NCBI GenBank assembly: GCA_030650395.1
Contig: JAUSDY010000076.1
Coordinates: 64,090-128,089, forward strand
DNA length: 64,000 bases
Source of the DNA: Acidobacteriota bacterium
GTDB taxonomy: Bacteria; Acidobacteriota; Vicinamibacteria; Vicinamibacterales; UBA2999
Direction of reading: 5' to 3'
Part shown: piece after piece, positions 55,871-63,787 of the stretch
Layout: each line of letters opens with the position of its first letter
Position numbering within the stretch: position 1 is the first letter of the stretch
Translations under genes and position numbers: made by a program
The notes under the pieces: model-generated
Told to the model about the DNA's origin: nothing
The model's database searches: none
The model's input: the letters and a program-made list of their open reading frames with translations, nothing else

Positions 55871-56158
55871 CATGTCGGCGGAGGGCAAATCGAAGTTTCA
55901 CCCGGCGTCGTGGTCGAAGATCCCATGCAGTGCTATCGAGCGACTTTCGGTGGACGTCATTGTGAAATTGCCGTCGGCCCCCCGACCTCTGGCGGTTCTG
56001 CTGTCGCCTGGGCGCTGTTTGTCGGACGGGATGGTCGCCTCGACCCTATTTGCGGTGAAGGCGGACTGGCTTTGCGCGAGCACGCTCCTCAGCCCGCCGA
56101 TGCCTTAGCAGCCATGCGACGGCGATTGATCGCGCTCTTCGGCGACGAGCAGTCATGA
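55868..56158 (+). CDS. hypothetical small protein (frame uncertain)
   Basis: 96-aa ORF divergent from the XRE gene. An alternative frame (ATG 55872..56108) has higher third-position G+C by my hand count. No recognisable domain. Confidence 0.3.
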   Translation: MHVGGGQIEVSPGVVVEDPMQCYRATFGGRHCEIAVGPPTSGGSAVAWALFVGRDGRLDPICGEGGLALREHAPQPADALAAMRRRLIALFGDEQS

Positions 56159-56165
56159 TGCGCCG

Positions 56166-56657
56166 CTATCGCTCTTGCGAGAGACTCGAGAACGTCAAGC
56201 CGAACGCGAGTCCCGTGTAGTAGTAGACGACCGCCGTCGAGCTGACCACGGCGCTGTGAGCGGTCTCGATCGCGTCGGTCGTCTTGAAGGACTTGACGCG
56301 CCCGAGCCCGACCCGAAAGCTCCGGCATGCACGTCCATGATCCAGGTGAGCACGTGCGATTTTGTCGATACTCTCGCACAGGTCGTTGTCGCCCGGTGCG
56401 AGGACGCCGCGCGCTGGAACGACCAGACCAGCCAGGTGGCCAAGCTGAACGAGGGTCGCCGCCTCCCCAATCCGACTGGCATGCGGATCGTGCCGCGCGG
56501 CATGAGCGGCCGCGCGGGCGACGTGAACCAACAGCGGTGCCAATTCTGCGCGACCCCTATTCTGATGAAGCATCGAATCCTCCTCGGACTCGGTGTCCAG
56601 AAGGTCGGCGGTCTGGGGTTGCCAGTATGAATCGAAGGAACCAGCCTCGTCCGACAA
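56166..56657 (-). CDS. hypothetical protein with an acidic N-terminus and hydrophobic C-terminus
   Basis: 163 aa. A hand count of third codon positions suggests a G/C-rich wobble consistent with coding. No recognisable domain. Confidence 0.45.
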   Translation of the reverse strand: MSDEAGSFDSYWQPQTADLLDTESEEDSMLHQNRGRAELAPLLVHVARAAAHAARHDPHASRIGEAATLVQLGHLAGLVVPARGVLAPGDNDLCESIDKIARAHLDHGRACRSFRVGLGRVKSFKTTDAIETAHSAVVSSTAVVYYYTGLAFGLTFSSLSQER

Positions 56658-56794
56658 CTATGGTTATACGATCTTGAGACTCCGATCTTACGCCGAAATC
56701 AAGAGTGTTTCGATATTTATTCGCCGTCGCGCGCCCTTTGGAAACCAGCGTAACGTCGAACTGCGTAAACGGTCGTCTGACGCCGTTCGTATAC

Positions 56795-56824
56795 TTGACT
56801 TCCCATTGTTGACCTGCCTACACT
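56795..56824 (+). promoter_or_regulatory. sigma70-like promoter candidate for the cold-shock gene with a long 5' UTR
   Basis: TTGACT, 18-nt spacer, TACACT. It would give a leader of about 125 nt before ATG 56956, as is typical for csp genes. Confidence 0.35.
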
Positions 56825-56955
56825 GGCGCACTTTTAGCGCGTTCCCCCTGCCGTGGCCACAGTGTAATCGGCCTCATTTCTGATACCACGGGTGTCGTGG
56901 GTGCGGCGGCTCAGAGGGCGTTTCCTTTGGGTCTCGGTTCATCGGAGGACAGGTC

Positions 56956-57162
56956 ATGCCAAGCGGGACAATTGCACGGCTCCTTATCGACAAGGGCTTT
57001 GGATTCATCCGGGATGAAGCCGGTCTCGAGCACTTCTTTCACCGCAGCTCGGTGCGCGGCGCCGTGTTCGAATTGCTGCGCGAAGGGCAGCGCGTCGAGT
57101 TCATCATCGAGGAGTCCCAGAAGGGTCCTCGGGCGGGAGACGTGCGGCTCATCGAAGGATAA
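56956..57162 (+). CDS. cold-shock-domain protein (CspA family)
   Basis: 68 aa. The sequence is GTIARLLIDKGFGFIRDE...FFH (RNP1/RNP2-like motifs), with a GGAGGA RBS. Confidence 0.9.
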   Translation: MPSGTIARLLIDKGFGFIRDEAGLEHFFHRSSVRGAVFELLREGQRVEFIIEESQKGPRAGDVRLIEG

Positions 57163-57192
57163 GGTTGTAGAAGGGGCCGGACGTTCGTCGAC

Positions 57193-57813
57193 GTGAAACG
57201 TGCCATCCTTCGTGCGACCGCCGCGGCGGCGCTTCTCCTCCTTCTTTTCACGGCACTAGCACTACCACGGCTGGGCGCCTGGCTCGTCGTGGAAGATCCT
57301 CTTGCCAAAGCCGACGCCATTTATGTGCTCGGTGGAACCATCTACGAACGGCCACTCGAAGCGCTCGATCTCTACAAGGCGGGCTGGGCGCCGACGATCG
57401 TGCTGGTGCAACAGGTCGCCGACTGGGGCGAGGTCTGGCTCAACGAACGCGGCATCACCGTGACGAACGAGCTGGAGATTCAAATCGAGCTGCTTGAACA
57501 GCTGGGCGTGCCGCGTGGCGTCATCACCTCGGTCAAGCCAATGGGCAGTACCGCCGACGAAGCCGATGCGCTGCTCGCCTTGATGCGCGAGCGCGGCTGG
57601 TCCAGCGTGATCGTCGTCACTTCCAAGCAGCACACTCGGAGGGCCGGCCTGTCGATGCGGCGCGTGCTTCGCGACGAAAAGAAAGTGAGCATGCGCGCGT
57701 CTCGCTACGACCGTTCGGACGTCGATCGTTGGTGGACCGACCGCTCGACCTTTCGGTTCACGCTGTTCGAAACTCAGCGCTACGTTGCTTACTGGTTAGG
57801 AATTGCGGACTGA
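57193..57813 (+). CDS. DUF218 (YdcF/ElyC/SanA) family protein
   Basis: Motifs are ADAIYVLGGTIYERPLEALDLYKAGWAPTIVL and VIVVTSKQHTRRA. Confidence 0.8.
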   Translation: MKRAILRATAAAALLLLLFTALALPRLGAWLVVEDPLAKADAIYVLGGTIYERPLEALDLYKAGWAPTIVLVQQVADWGEVWLNERGITVTNELEIQIELLEQLGVPRGVITSVKPMGSTADEADALLALMRERGWSSVIVVTSKQHTRRAGLSMRRVLRDEKKVSMRASRYDRSDVDRWWTDRSTFRFTLFETQRYVAYWLGIAD

Positions 57814-57950
57814 CCGAAGCTCGCGCGCGCTTCGATTCGCAAATGACCGGCCTGCGGCCGACCAATTGCTCACTCAGGACATTCGACCTGCAGGTGGCCC
57901 GCCATGAGCGAACCTGCGGTTCGCCGAAGGCGGAGCGCTGGTGAGTCGAA

Positions 57951-58046
57951 TGGCGGAAGCGCCTGGGAGTCGAACCCAGCCTGCCCCACAAGGAGGCAGC
58001 GACCGATTTTGAAGACCGGGGGGGCCACCGGGCCCCGTTCGCTTCC
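57951..58046 (-). tRNA. selC: tRNA-Sec (selenocysteine, anticodon UCA)
   Basis: The minus-strand sequence is GGAAGCGAACGGGGCCCGGTGGCCCCCCCGGTCTTCAAAATCGGTCGCTGCCTCCTTGTGGGGCAGGCTGGGTTCGACTCCCAGGCGCTTCCGCCA. It has a long acceptor stem, a 6-bp D stem with the CGGT loop, a CTTCAAA anticodon loop and a long variable arm. It is colinear with E. coli selC as I recall it. Confidence 0.9.
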
Positions 58047-58113
58047 AAAAACTTGTCCCGCCGACCTGTCCCGCCGTAGCCTGGGCGGAGGCGGAAGCCT
58101 TGGCGTAGGCGGA

Positions 58114-58803
58114 TCATATCAGCAGCGAAATTACCGCTTCGGTATCCGAGAGATCAGCGACGACCTCGTCTGCGCCAGCCGCGCGCAGATCTTCCATCGA
58201 ATAGCCGCCGGTCGCGACCGCGATCGATCGGGCACCGGCGCACTTCGCGCACGCGATGTCGTGCGGCGTGTCACCGATCACGAAGATGCGCTCGAGGGCG
58301 GCGGCCGGCACGTCGTAGGTCTCCGCGCGACGTCGCGCGATCGGCACCAGCGCGTTGCGGTCGGGTGAATCATCGCTGAAGGCGCCCCATTCGAAATGGT
58401 CGGCGATCTCGAAATGCGTCAGCTTGATGGCGGCGGCGTCGCGATAATTGCCCGTCAACAACGCGAGGTAGACATCGGGAAAATCCGACAGCGCGTCGAG
58501 CAGCTCGCGCGCGCCCGGCATCAATCCCTTGTGGCCGGTGCCGGGCTGCTGAATCTCCTCGGCCAGCAGAGGCAGGTAGGCGGTCTTGAAGCGCTCGTGC
58601 TGGTCAGGTCTATCGGGGAGGCCGGCGGCGTGCAACGCGTGCGACACCAGGAACGAATCGGTGCGGCCGCCAAAGTGCGCGCCTTCGAAGCCCTTTGCCA
58701 AGCCGAACGTGTCGTGAAACGCGCGCGTCATCGCGCGCAGCCCCGCGCGTCCGCTCAGCAACAGCGTGCCGTCAATATCAAACAGGATTAAGGCCGGTCG
58801 CAT
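58114..58803 (-). CDS. HAD-superfamily hydrolase (phosphoglycolate-phosphatase-like)
   Basis: Motif I is LILFDIDGTLL. Further motifs are ..LLTGN.. and ..VIGDTPHDI. Confidence 0.85.
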   Translation of the reverse strand: MRPALILFDIDGTLLLSGRAGLRAMTRAFHDTFGLAKGFEGAHFGGRTDSFLVSHALHAAGLPDRPDQHERFKTAYLPLLAEEIQQPGTGHKGLMPGARELLDALSDFPDVYLALLTGNYRDAAAIKLTHFEIADHFEWGAFSDDSPDRNALVPIARRRAETYDVPAAALERIFVIGDTPHDIACAKCAGARSIAVATGGYSMEDLRAAGADEVVADLSDTEAVISLLI

Positions 58804-58832
58804 TTCAGTTCTGAACTCTTAACTCTGCACTC

Positions 58833-59549
58833 TTAACTGAACAGCTTTTTTAGAAGCCCGATGGGTTTCAACTCTCCGGTGCCGCCAGTCAACACTAGCC
58901 GCTGACCGCCGAGCCCTCTGGCAAACATGTCGTCCGACGTCAGCGCGAGCAGGCCGAGGCCTCGCGAGCGCGCGACCCTGGCCAGGTCGGCGGCAAACGC
59001 CGCCACCGATTCCCTCGGCAGCGTCGCGGACGGATGCTCGGCGATCAGCACCTTGGGCCCGAGCGCCAGCGCGCGCGCCAGGTGGACGCGCATCTTGACG
59101 TCGCCGGCCGTCCGTCCCGTCGGCAGGTCGAAGCCCGCCGGATCGAGCCCGACCTCGCGCGCGAGCGCACCCGCTTCTGGAAGCACGCGCGGATCGATCG
59201 GGTCGACGACGAGGGTCAGCGACATCGCCACGTTCTGCAGCACCGTGAAGGCGTCGATCAGGATGCCGCGCGCGGTGATCATCCCGACCTGGTCCAGCGA
59301 CTTGAGCCAGGCGTCGCCGTCGGTGATCGACCGCGTGTTGCGTCCGAACAGCGACACGTCGCCGCTGTCGGGGAGCGTGGCGCCGGTAATCAGGTGGACG
59401 ACAATTTCCGCGGCGATGGCGTCCAGGCCGTCGATGGCGACGACGTCGCCGGGAGCGATGGTGAGGGCTTGCATCCGCAGCGGGCGCAGGCCCTGGTAGT
59501 CCTTGACCACCCCTTGCACATTGATCAGCGGCTCTGTGGAACCGGTCAC
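58833..59549 (-). CDS. ABC-ATPase-fold protein with all catalytic motifs degenerate (pseudo-ATPase)
   Basis: The ABC fold is colinear. The Walker A position reads IDGLDAIAAEI (no GxxGxGKS/T). The signature position reads TAGDVKMRV (not LSGGQ). The Walker B position reads VLIAEHPS (not hhhhDEP). Confidence 0.7.
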   Translation of the reverse strand: MTGSTEPLINVQGVVKDYQGLRPLRMQALTIAPGDVVAIDGLDAIAAEIVVHLITGATLPDSGDVSLFGRNTRSITDGDAWLKSLDQVGMITARGILIDAFTVLQNVAMSLTLVVDPIDPRVLPEAGALAREVGLDPAGFDLPTGRTAGDVKMRVHLARALALGPKVLIAEHPSATLPRESVAAFAADLARVARSRGLGLLALTSDDMFARGLGGQRLVLTGGTGELKPIGLLKKLFS

Positions 59550-60505
59550 GAGGCCTGCTTTCTCTGCTGCGCCTTGGCCTCGAGCGCCTCGAAGGCCGGC
59601 GCCGGCAGCGACACGACCCCGAGAACGCCGCGGCGCGCGCGCCTGCTGGAACGAGACGGATCACCTGCCCTGAGCGAGCCCGAGCGACCCTGTCGCTCCG
59701 GCGAGCCTGTCCTGAGCGAGCCCGAGCGACTTGGTCGCTCGGGCGAGTCGAACGGGTCGAACGGGTCCCCGTGAAAATCCGAACCACCGGAAATCAGCAC
59801 GCCCAGCCGCGTTGCCAGCGATGTATAGGTGCGCTCGTCTTCGGGCGCGTGATCGGAGTGGTAGACCTCGATGGCATCGAGCCCCCGATCGACCAGCGCC
59901 GGGATCAACGCGTCCCGCCTGGTCACGCCGGGATGCGCGAACGACGCCACGCCGCCGGCCTCGTGGATCACATTGATCACCGTCGCCGGGCTCGGGCCGG
60001 TGCGCGGCACGTACGCCGGTTGTCCCGTCGCAAGCCACTGATCGAACGCTTCCTGCACCGACTCGACATGGCCCGCGGCCACCAGCGCCCGCGCCAGCTG
60101 CGGGCGGCCGACCGACGACCCCGGCCGGTTGGCGGACGCGTGCAGCACCGCTTCGACGTCGACCGGCATGCCGAGCGTGCTCAACCGGATACCGATCTCG
60201 CGGACGCGCGCCACGCGCAGCGCGCGCTGCCCTTCGAGAAACGTGCCCAGCGCGATGCTGGCCGGATCGAAAAAATATCCCAGCATGTGGACGTCGCGGC
60301 CCTCGTCGATCGACGTGATCTCGATGCCGGGCACGACGCGAATCTTTGCGCTTTGCGCCGCGGCGCTGACGTCCGCCAAGGCGGCGACGGTGTCGTGATC
60401 GGTGACGCTGATGGTGGTGAGCCGCGCCTGGCTGGCCCGCGCCACGAGCTCGACCGGCGTCAGCCGTCCATCCGACGCGGTGGTATGCAGATGAAGGTCG
60501 ATCAA
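59546..60505 (-). CDS. PHP-domain phosphoesterase (TrpH/YciV-like)
   Basis: The sequence is MIDLHLHTTASDG...VTDHDT...FAHPG...GGSDFHG. The C-terminal region carries an in-frame repeat insertion. The gene has 4-bp overlaps with both neighbours. Confidence 0.85.
   Translation of the reverse strand: MIDLHLHTTASDGRLTPVELVARASQARLTTISVTDHDTVAALADVSAAAQSAKIRVVPGIEITSIDEGRDVHMLGYFFDPASIALGTFLEGQRALRVARVREIGIRLSTLGMPVDVEAVLHASANRPGSSVGRPQLARALVAAGHVESVQEAFDQWLATGQPAYVPRTGPSPATVINVIHEAGGVASFAHPGVTRRDALIPALVDRGLDAIEVYHSDHAPEDERTYTSLATRLGVLISGGSDFHGDPFDPFDSPERPSRSGSLRTGSPERQGRSGSLRAGDPSRSSRRARRGVLGVVSLPAPAFEALEAKAQQRKQAS
59664..59747. repeat. two tandem 42-bp hairpin-forming repeats inside the PHP coding region
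   Basis: The units are CCTG(C/T)CCTGAGCGAGCCCGAGCGAC(CCT/TTG)GTCGCTC(C/G)GGCGAG at 59664-59705 and 59706-59747. Each is 14 codons, in frame, and encodes SPERPSRSGSLRTG / SPERQGRSGSLRAG. GTCGAACGG x2 follows. Confidence 0.7.
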
Positions 60506-61524
60506 CGCTGCGCGGACCGGGCGCGGGCCTTGGCCTTGGCTCCTCGACCTGCGCGCGCGCGCTTCGACGCGGTCGCCTTGTGGCCCGGCAGCCGCTGGCG
60601 CTTGACGAGCGCGCGGTACTCGCGAATCAACAGCTCGAGGTGCTCGCGTTCCTCGTCTGCGAACTGGAGAAACACCTGCTTACCCTCGGAGTCTTCGAAC
60701 CGCTCGCCATAGCGCTTGAAGAAGCGGTGCGAGCCGCGCTCGCAGCGGATCCCGATCCGATAGGCCTCGAGATCGTCGACGCCGTCGCGGCGCAGTTGAT
60801 CGGTGCCGGCGGCAAACAACCCGTTGGCCGCGCCCTTGAAGAACAGGAAGGTCGGTCGCGATTCGAGCAGCGGGTCCTGCTTCAGCAGGTCCTCGTATCG
60901 AGCCTCGAGCGTCTTCAGGTGGTGCACTTCTTCCGTGGCCAGCTTGCGGAAGACCTCGCGCGCCCGCGGATCCTTGACCAACTTGACGCCGCGCCCGTAG
61001 AACTCCATGCCGCTGCGCTCGGTGGCAATCGCGATGCGCAGCGCATCGCGTGCGAACAGCAGCTCGGAATTGGAGGACTCCTCAGGCGCACGCCCGGTGC
61101 TGCACGATTCGCAGGTGCCGTAGATCTGCACCACGCTTTGCCGCGCCGTGAACGCGCGCGCGGTCGCGACCTCTTCGACGAGCGCCTCGATGTCGGAGCT
61201 GAGAAACTCGTACGAGCGGTTGCAGGTCTTGCAGATCAGGTGAAAGTGCCGCGGGTGCCGGTAGGAATGCTCGAAGCGGAAGCGGCCCTCGCCGAAATCG
61301 ACCTTGCGGGCGATGCCCGCGTCGACCATCCACTGCAAGGTGCGGTAGACGGTCGCGCGGCTGATGCGATGATCCTCGCGCTTGATCAGGTCGACCAGGT
61401 CGTCGGCGCTGAGGTGCCCCTCCTGCTTGAGGAACACGTTGACGATCAGGTCGCGCTTGCTCGAGCGCTTGGTACCGGCGGGACGGAGACGATCCAGGTC
61501 GGGAACGGCCGCCGTGGTCGCCAT
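60502..61524 (-). CDS. Fur-family regulator fused to a rubrerythrin/ferritin-like di-iron domain
   Basis: The N-terminal part is RATVYRTLQWMVDAGIARKVDFGEGRFRFEH..HFHLICKTC...GTCESC (Fur winged helix plus CxxC Zn site). The C-terminal part carries two E...ExxH pairs (ERSGMEFY / EEVHHL and ERGSHRFF / EEREHL). Confidence 0.8.
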   Translation of the reverse strand: MATTAAVPDLDRLRPAGTKRSSKRDLIVNVFLKQEGHLSADDLVDLIKREDHRISRATVYRTLQWMVDAGIARKVDFGEGRFRFEHSYRHPRHFHLICKTCNRSYEFLSSDIEALVEEVATARAFTARQSVVQIYGTCESCSTGRAPEESSNSELLFARDALRIAIATERSGMEFYGRGVKLVKDPRAREVFRKLATEEVHHLKTLEARYEDLLKQDPLLESRPTFLFFKGAANGLFAAGTDQLRRDGVDDLEAYRIGIRCERGSHRFFKRYGERFEDSEGKQVFLQFADEEREHLELLIREYRALVKRQRLPGHKATASKRARAGRGAKAKARARSAQR

Positions 61525-61533
61525 GACGCGGTC

Positions 61534-61929
61534 CTACGCGGTGAAGGACGAGCCGCAGCCGCAGGTCGACGTCGCGTTCGGGTTCTTGATGGTAAAGCCG
61601 CCGCCCGTAATGGTGTCGACGAAATCGACTTCGGCACCCTTCAGGTAGCTGATGCTCACCGGATCCACGAACAGCTTGACGCCGTTTGATTCGAACAGCT
61701 GGTCGCCGACGCCGCTGCCCTCTTCGATCATCAAGCCGTACTGGAAGCCCGAGCACCCGCCGCCCTGCACGAAGACGCGCAGGCCGCTTTCGGCTTTGCC
61801 TTCTTCGCTCAGCAGCTCGCGGATTTTCCCGGCCGCCGACTCGGTGACCGTGATGATGGGCGAGCCCGGCGCCATCGCGGGCGCTTCATGGCTGTGGGTA
61901 TGAGTATGGGTATGGGTTTCGGTGTTCAT
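61534..61929 (-). CDS. IscA/ErpA-type iron-sulfur cluster insertion protein with a His/Thr-repeat N-terminus
   Basis: Motifs are GGGCSGFQYG and C-terminal CGCGSSF. The N-terminus is MNTETHTHTHTHSHE. Confidence 0.9.
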   Translation of the reverse strand: MNTETHTHTHTHSHEAPAMAPGSPIITVTESAAGKIRELLSEEGKAESGLRVFVQGGGCSGFQYGLMIEEGSGVGDQLFESNGVKLFVDPVSISYLKGAEVDFVDTITGGGFTIKNPNATSTCGCGSSFTA

Positions 61930-61983
61930 GATTAACTTCCTATTTTATCAGGTTTCCAAGCCTGAAAAACCACGTTTTTAGGC

Positions 61984-63513
61984 CTAAACCCGGGCTTCGG
62001 CCAGCTCCGCCAGGTTCGCGCCGGACTCCTGCTCCAGGTCCTGATGGAGGCTGTTGCCGTGGGCGTCCATCGTCACGATCGCGGGGAAGTCCCTAAGTTG
62101 TAGATGCCACATCGCCTCAGGAGTTCCAAACTCCATGAGCGACACCCCGTCGACCCGATCGATGCACCGGGCGTAGAACTGGGCCGCTCCGCCGATAGCG
62201 TTGAGGTAAACGGCGCCGTGCTGCTTGAGGCCGGCCAATGTCTTGCCGCCCATGCCGCCTTTGCCGATCACCGCGCGCACGCCGTACTTGCCGATGATGT
62301 CGGCCTGGTACGGCTCTTCCCGAATGCTCGTGGTCGGTCCCGCCGCCGTGACTTTCCAGCTGCCGTCGGCCTGCTTGGCTACGACCGGGCCGCAGTGATA
62401 GATCACCCCGCCGCGCAGATCGACCGGCGGCTCGTGGCTGGCCAGATGATGATGCACGGCATCGCGTCCCGTGAATGCGGGTCCGCTGATCAACACGACA
62501 TCGCCGACCTTCAGCGCGCGGATCGCTTCTTCGCTGATCGGCGCGCGCAGCGCGACTTCGCGGCCGGTGCGCTGGAACCCGGCCTGGTCCATCATCGGGA
62601 TGGTCGGCACCGACGGGTTCCTGTAGATCCATTCCTTGATCGCGCCGGTCGTTCCGTCGAGCACCACGCCGAGTCTCCGGTACGCCCAGCAGTCGTATGC
62701 GACCGATACGAAGAAGCTCGCCGGCAGGCGATTCTGCACGCCGACCTTGCAGCCGATCAGCGAGATCTTGCCGCCGAAGCCCATCGTGCCGACGCCCAGC
62801 GTGTTGGCGGTGCGCATGATTTCGGCTTCGAGCGCTGCCAGCCGCGCGTCGGGATTGACATCGTCTAGGCTGCGGAAGAGTTGTTGTTTGGCTTCGACGT
62901 ATCCGCTGGTGCGATCGCCGCCGACGCAGACGCCGATCGCGCCCGGCGCGCAGCCTTTGCCTTGCGCGTTCCATACGGCGTGCAGGATGCACTTGCGAAC
63001 GCCCTCGATGGTCCGATCAGCGCGGCCGAGATGCGCGAGCTCCGACGGCAGCGAGTACTGCGCGTTCATGTTTTCGCAGCCGCCGCCTTTCAGCAGCAAC
63101 TTCACTTCGATGTCGTTGCGCTCCCACTGCTCGAAGTGCAGCACGGGCGTGCCCGGCCCGAGGTTGTTGCCGCTGTTTTCGCCGGTGAGCGAGTCCACGG
63201 AATTCGGCCGCAGCTTGCCGCGCTTGGTGGCTTCCTCGATCGCTTCCTTGATCTTCGATTTCAGCCAGATCTGATTCGTCCCGACCGGCGTCTTGATCTC
63301 GAAGGTGGGCATGCCGGTGTCCTGGCAAATCGCACCTTCGATCTCCGCGGCCTGATCGATGTTCTGCCCGATGATGGTCAACGCCTGCTTCGCCCGCGTG
63401 CCCTCGTCTTCCTCGTGCAGCGCATGCTTCATCGCGGCACGAACGTCGGGCGGCAGGTCGGTTGACGTCTTGACGATCAACGCCACCATCGAGTCGAAAA
63501 AACTGGGGAGCAT
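61984..63513 (-). CDS. class I (Fe-S) fumarate hydratase / tartrate-dehydratase family, fused alpha+beta
   Basis: Motifs are ICQDTGMPTFEIK and AAGPTTSIREE. ATG 63513 is preferred because the 19 upstream codons of the track ORF are encoded by the left arm of the 63547 inverted repeat. Confidence 0.85.
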   Translation of the reverse strand: MLPSFFDSMVALIVKTSTDLPPDVRAAMKHALHEEDEGTRAKQALTIIGQNIDQAAEIEGAICQDTGMPTFEIKTPVGTNQIWLKSKIKEAIEEATKRGKLRPNSVDSLTGENSGNNLGPGTPVLHFEQWERNDIEVKLLLKGGGCENMNAQYSLPSELAHLGRADRTIEGVRKCILHAVWNAQGKGCAPGAIGVCVGGDRTSGYVEAKQQLFRSLDDVNPDARLAALEAEIMRTANTLGVGTMGFGGKISLIGCKVGVQNRLPASFFVSVAYDCWAYRRLGVVLDGTTGAIKEWIYRNPSVPTIPMMDQAGFQRTGREVALRAPISEEAIRALKVGDVVLISGPAFTGRDAVHHHLASHEPPVDLRGGVIYHCGPVVAKQADGSWKVTAAGPTTSIREEPYQADIIGKYGVRAVIGKGGMGGKTLAGLKQHGAVYLNAIGGAAQFYARCIDRVDGVSLMEFGTPEAMWHLQLRDFPAIVTMDAHGNSLHQDLEQESGANLAELAEARV

Positions 63514-63546
63514 CTTGATTAAGTGTAACTGTTGGGACGCGCTTAC

Positions 63547-63768
63547 GCGCGGTGAGGGGTCTTCCGGCATTCGCGCGGCCAGACGACTCCAGCCTCCCCC
63601 GAGTCGCAGGCCTTTCGTTCGGCGGTCAAATCGACCTCGTCACATTAAGCCCTTGGGCTATGGACGCGCCAAAGACGGCAAGACGCCGAGTGTAGCCTCC
63701 GGTCGATTTGACGAGGAACTCTTGTCGTCGCCTCACTCAAGCTCACGCCGGAAGACCCCTCACCGCGC
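63547..63768. repeat. 222-bp element bounded by a perfect 22-bp inverted repeat with a nested 12-bp inverted repeat (MITE-like or structured RNA)
   Basis: GCGCGGTGAGGGGTCTTCCGGC (63547-63568) is the exact reverse complement of 63747-63768. The inner pair is GTCAAATCGACC (63625-63636) / GGTCGATTTGAC (63701-63712). Confidence 0.6.
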
Positions 63769-63787
63769 GACGCGCCTGCAGGGATCG

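Noticed and set aside
57814-57950. Second tRNA or SECIS-like element next to selC
   Set aside because: Only a short hairpin (GCGAACCgcaGGTTCGC, 57909-57925) is present, downstream of selC on its strand. It is probably a terminator, and no tRNA fold is possible.
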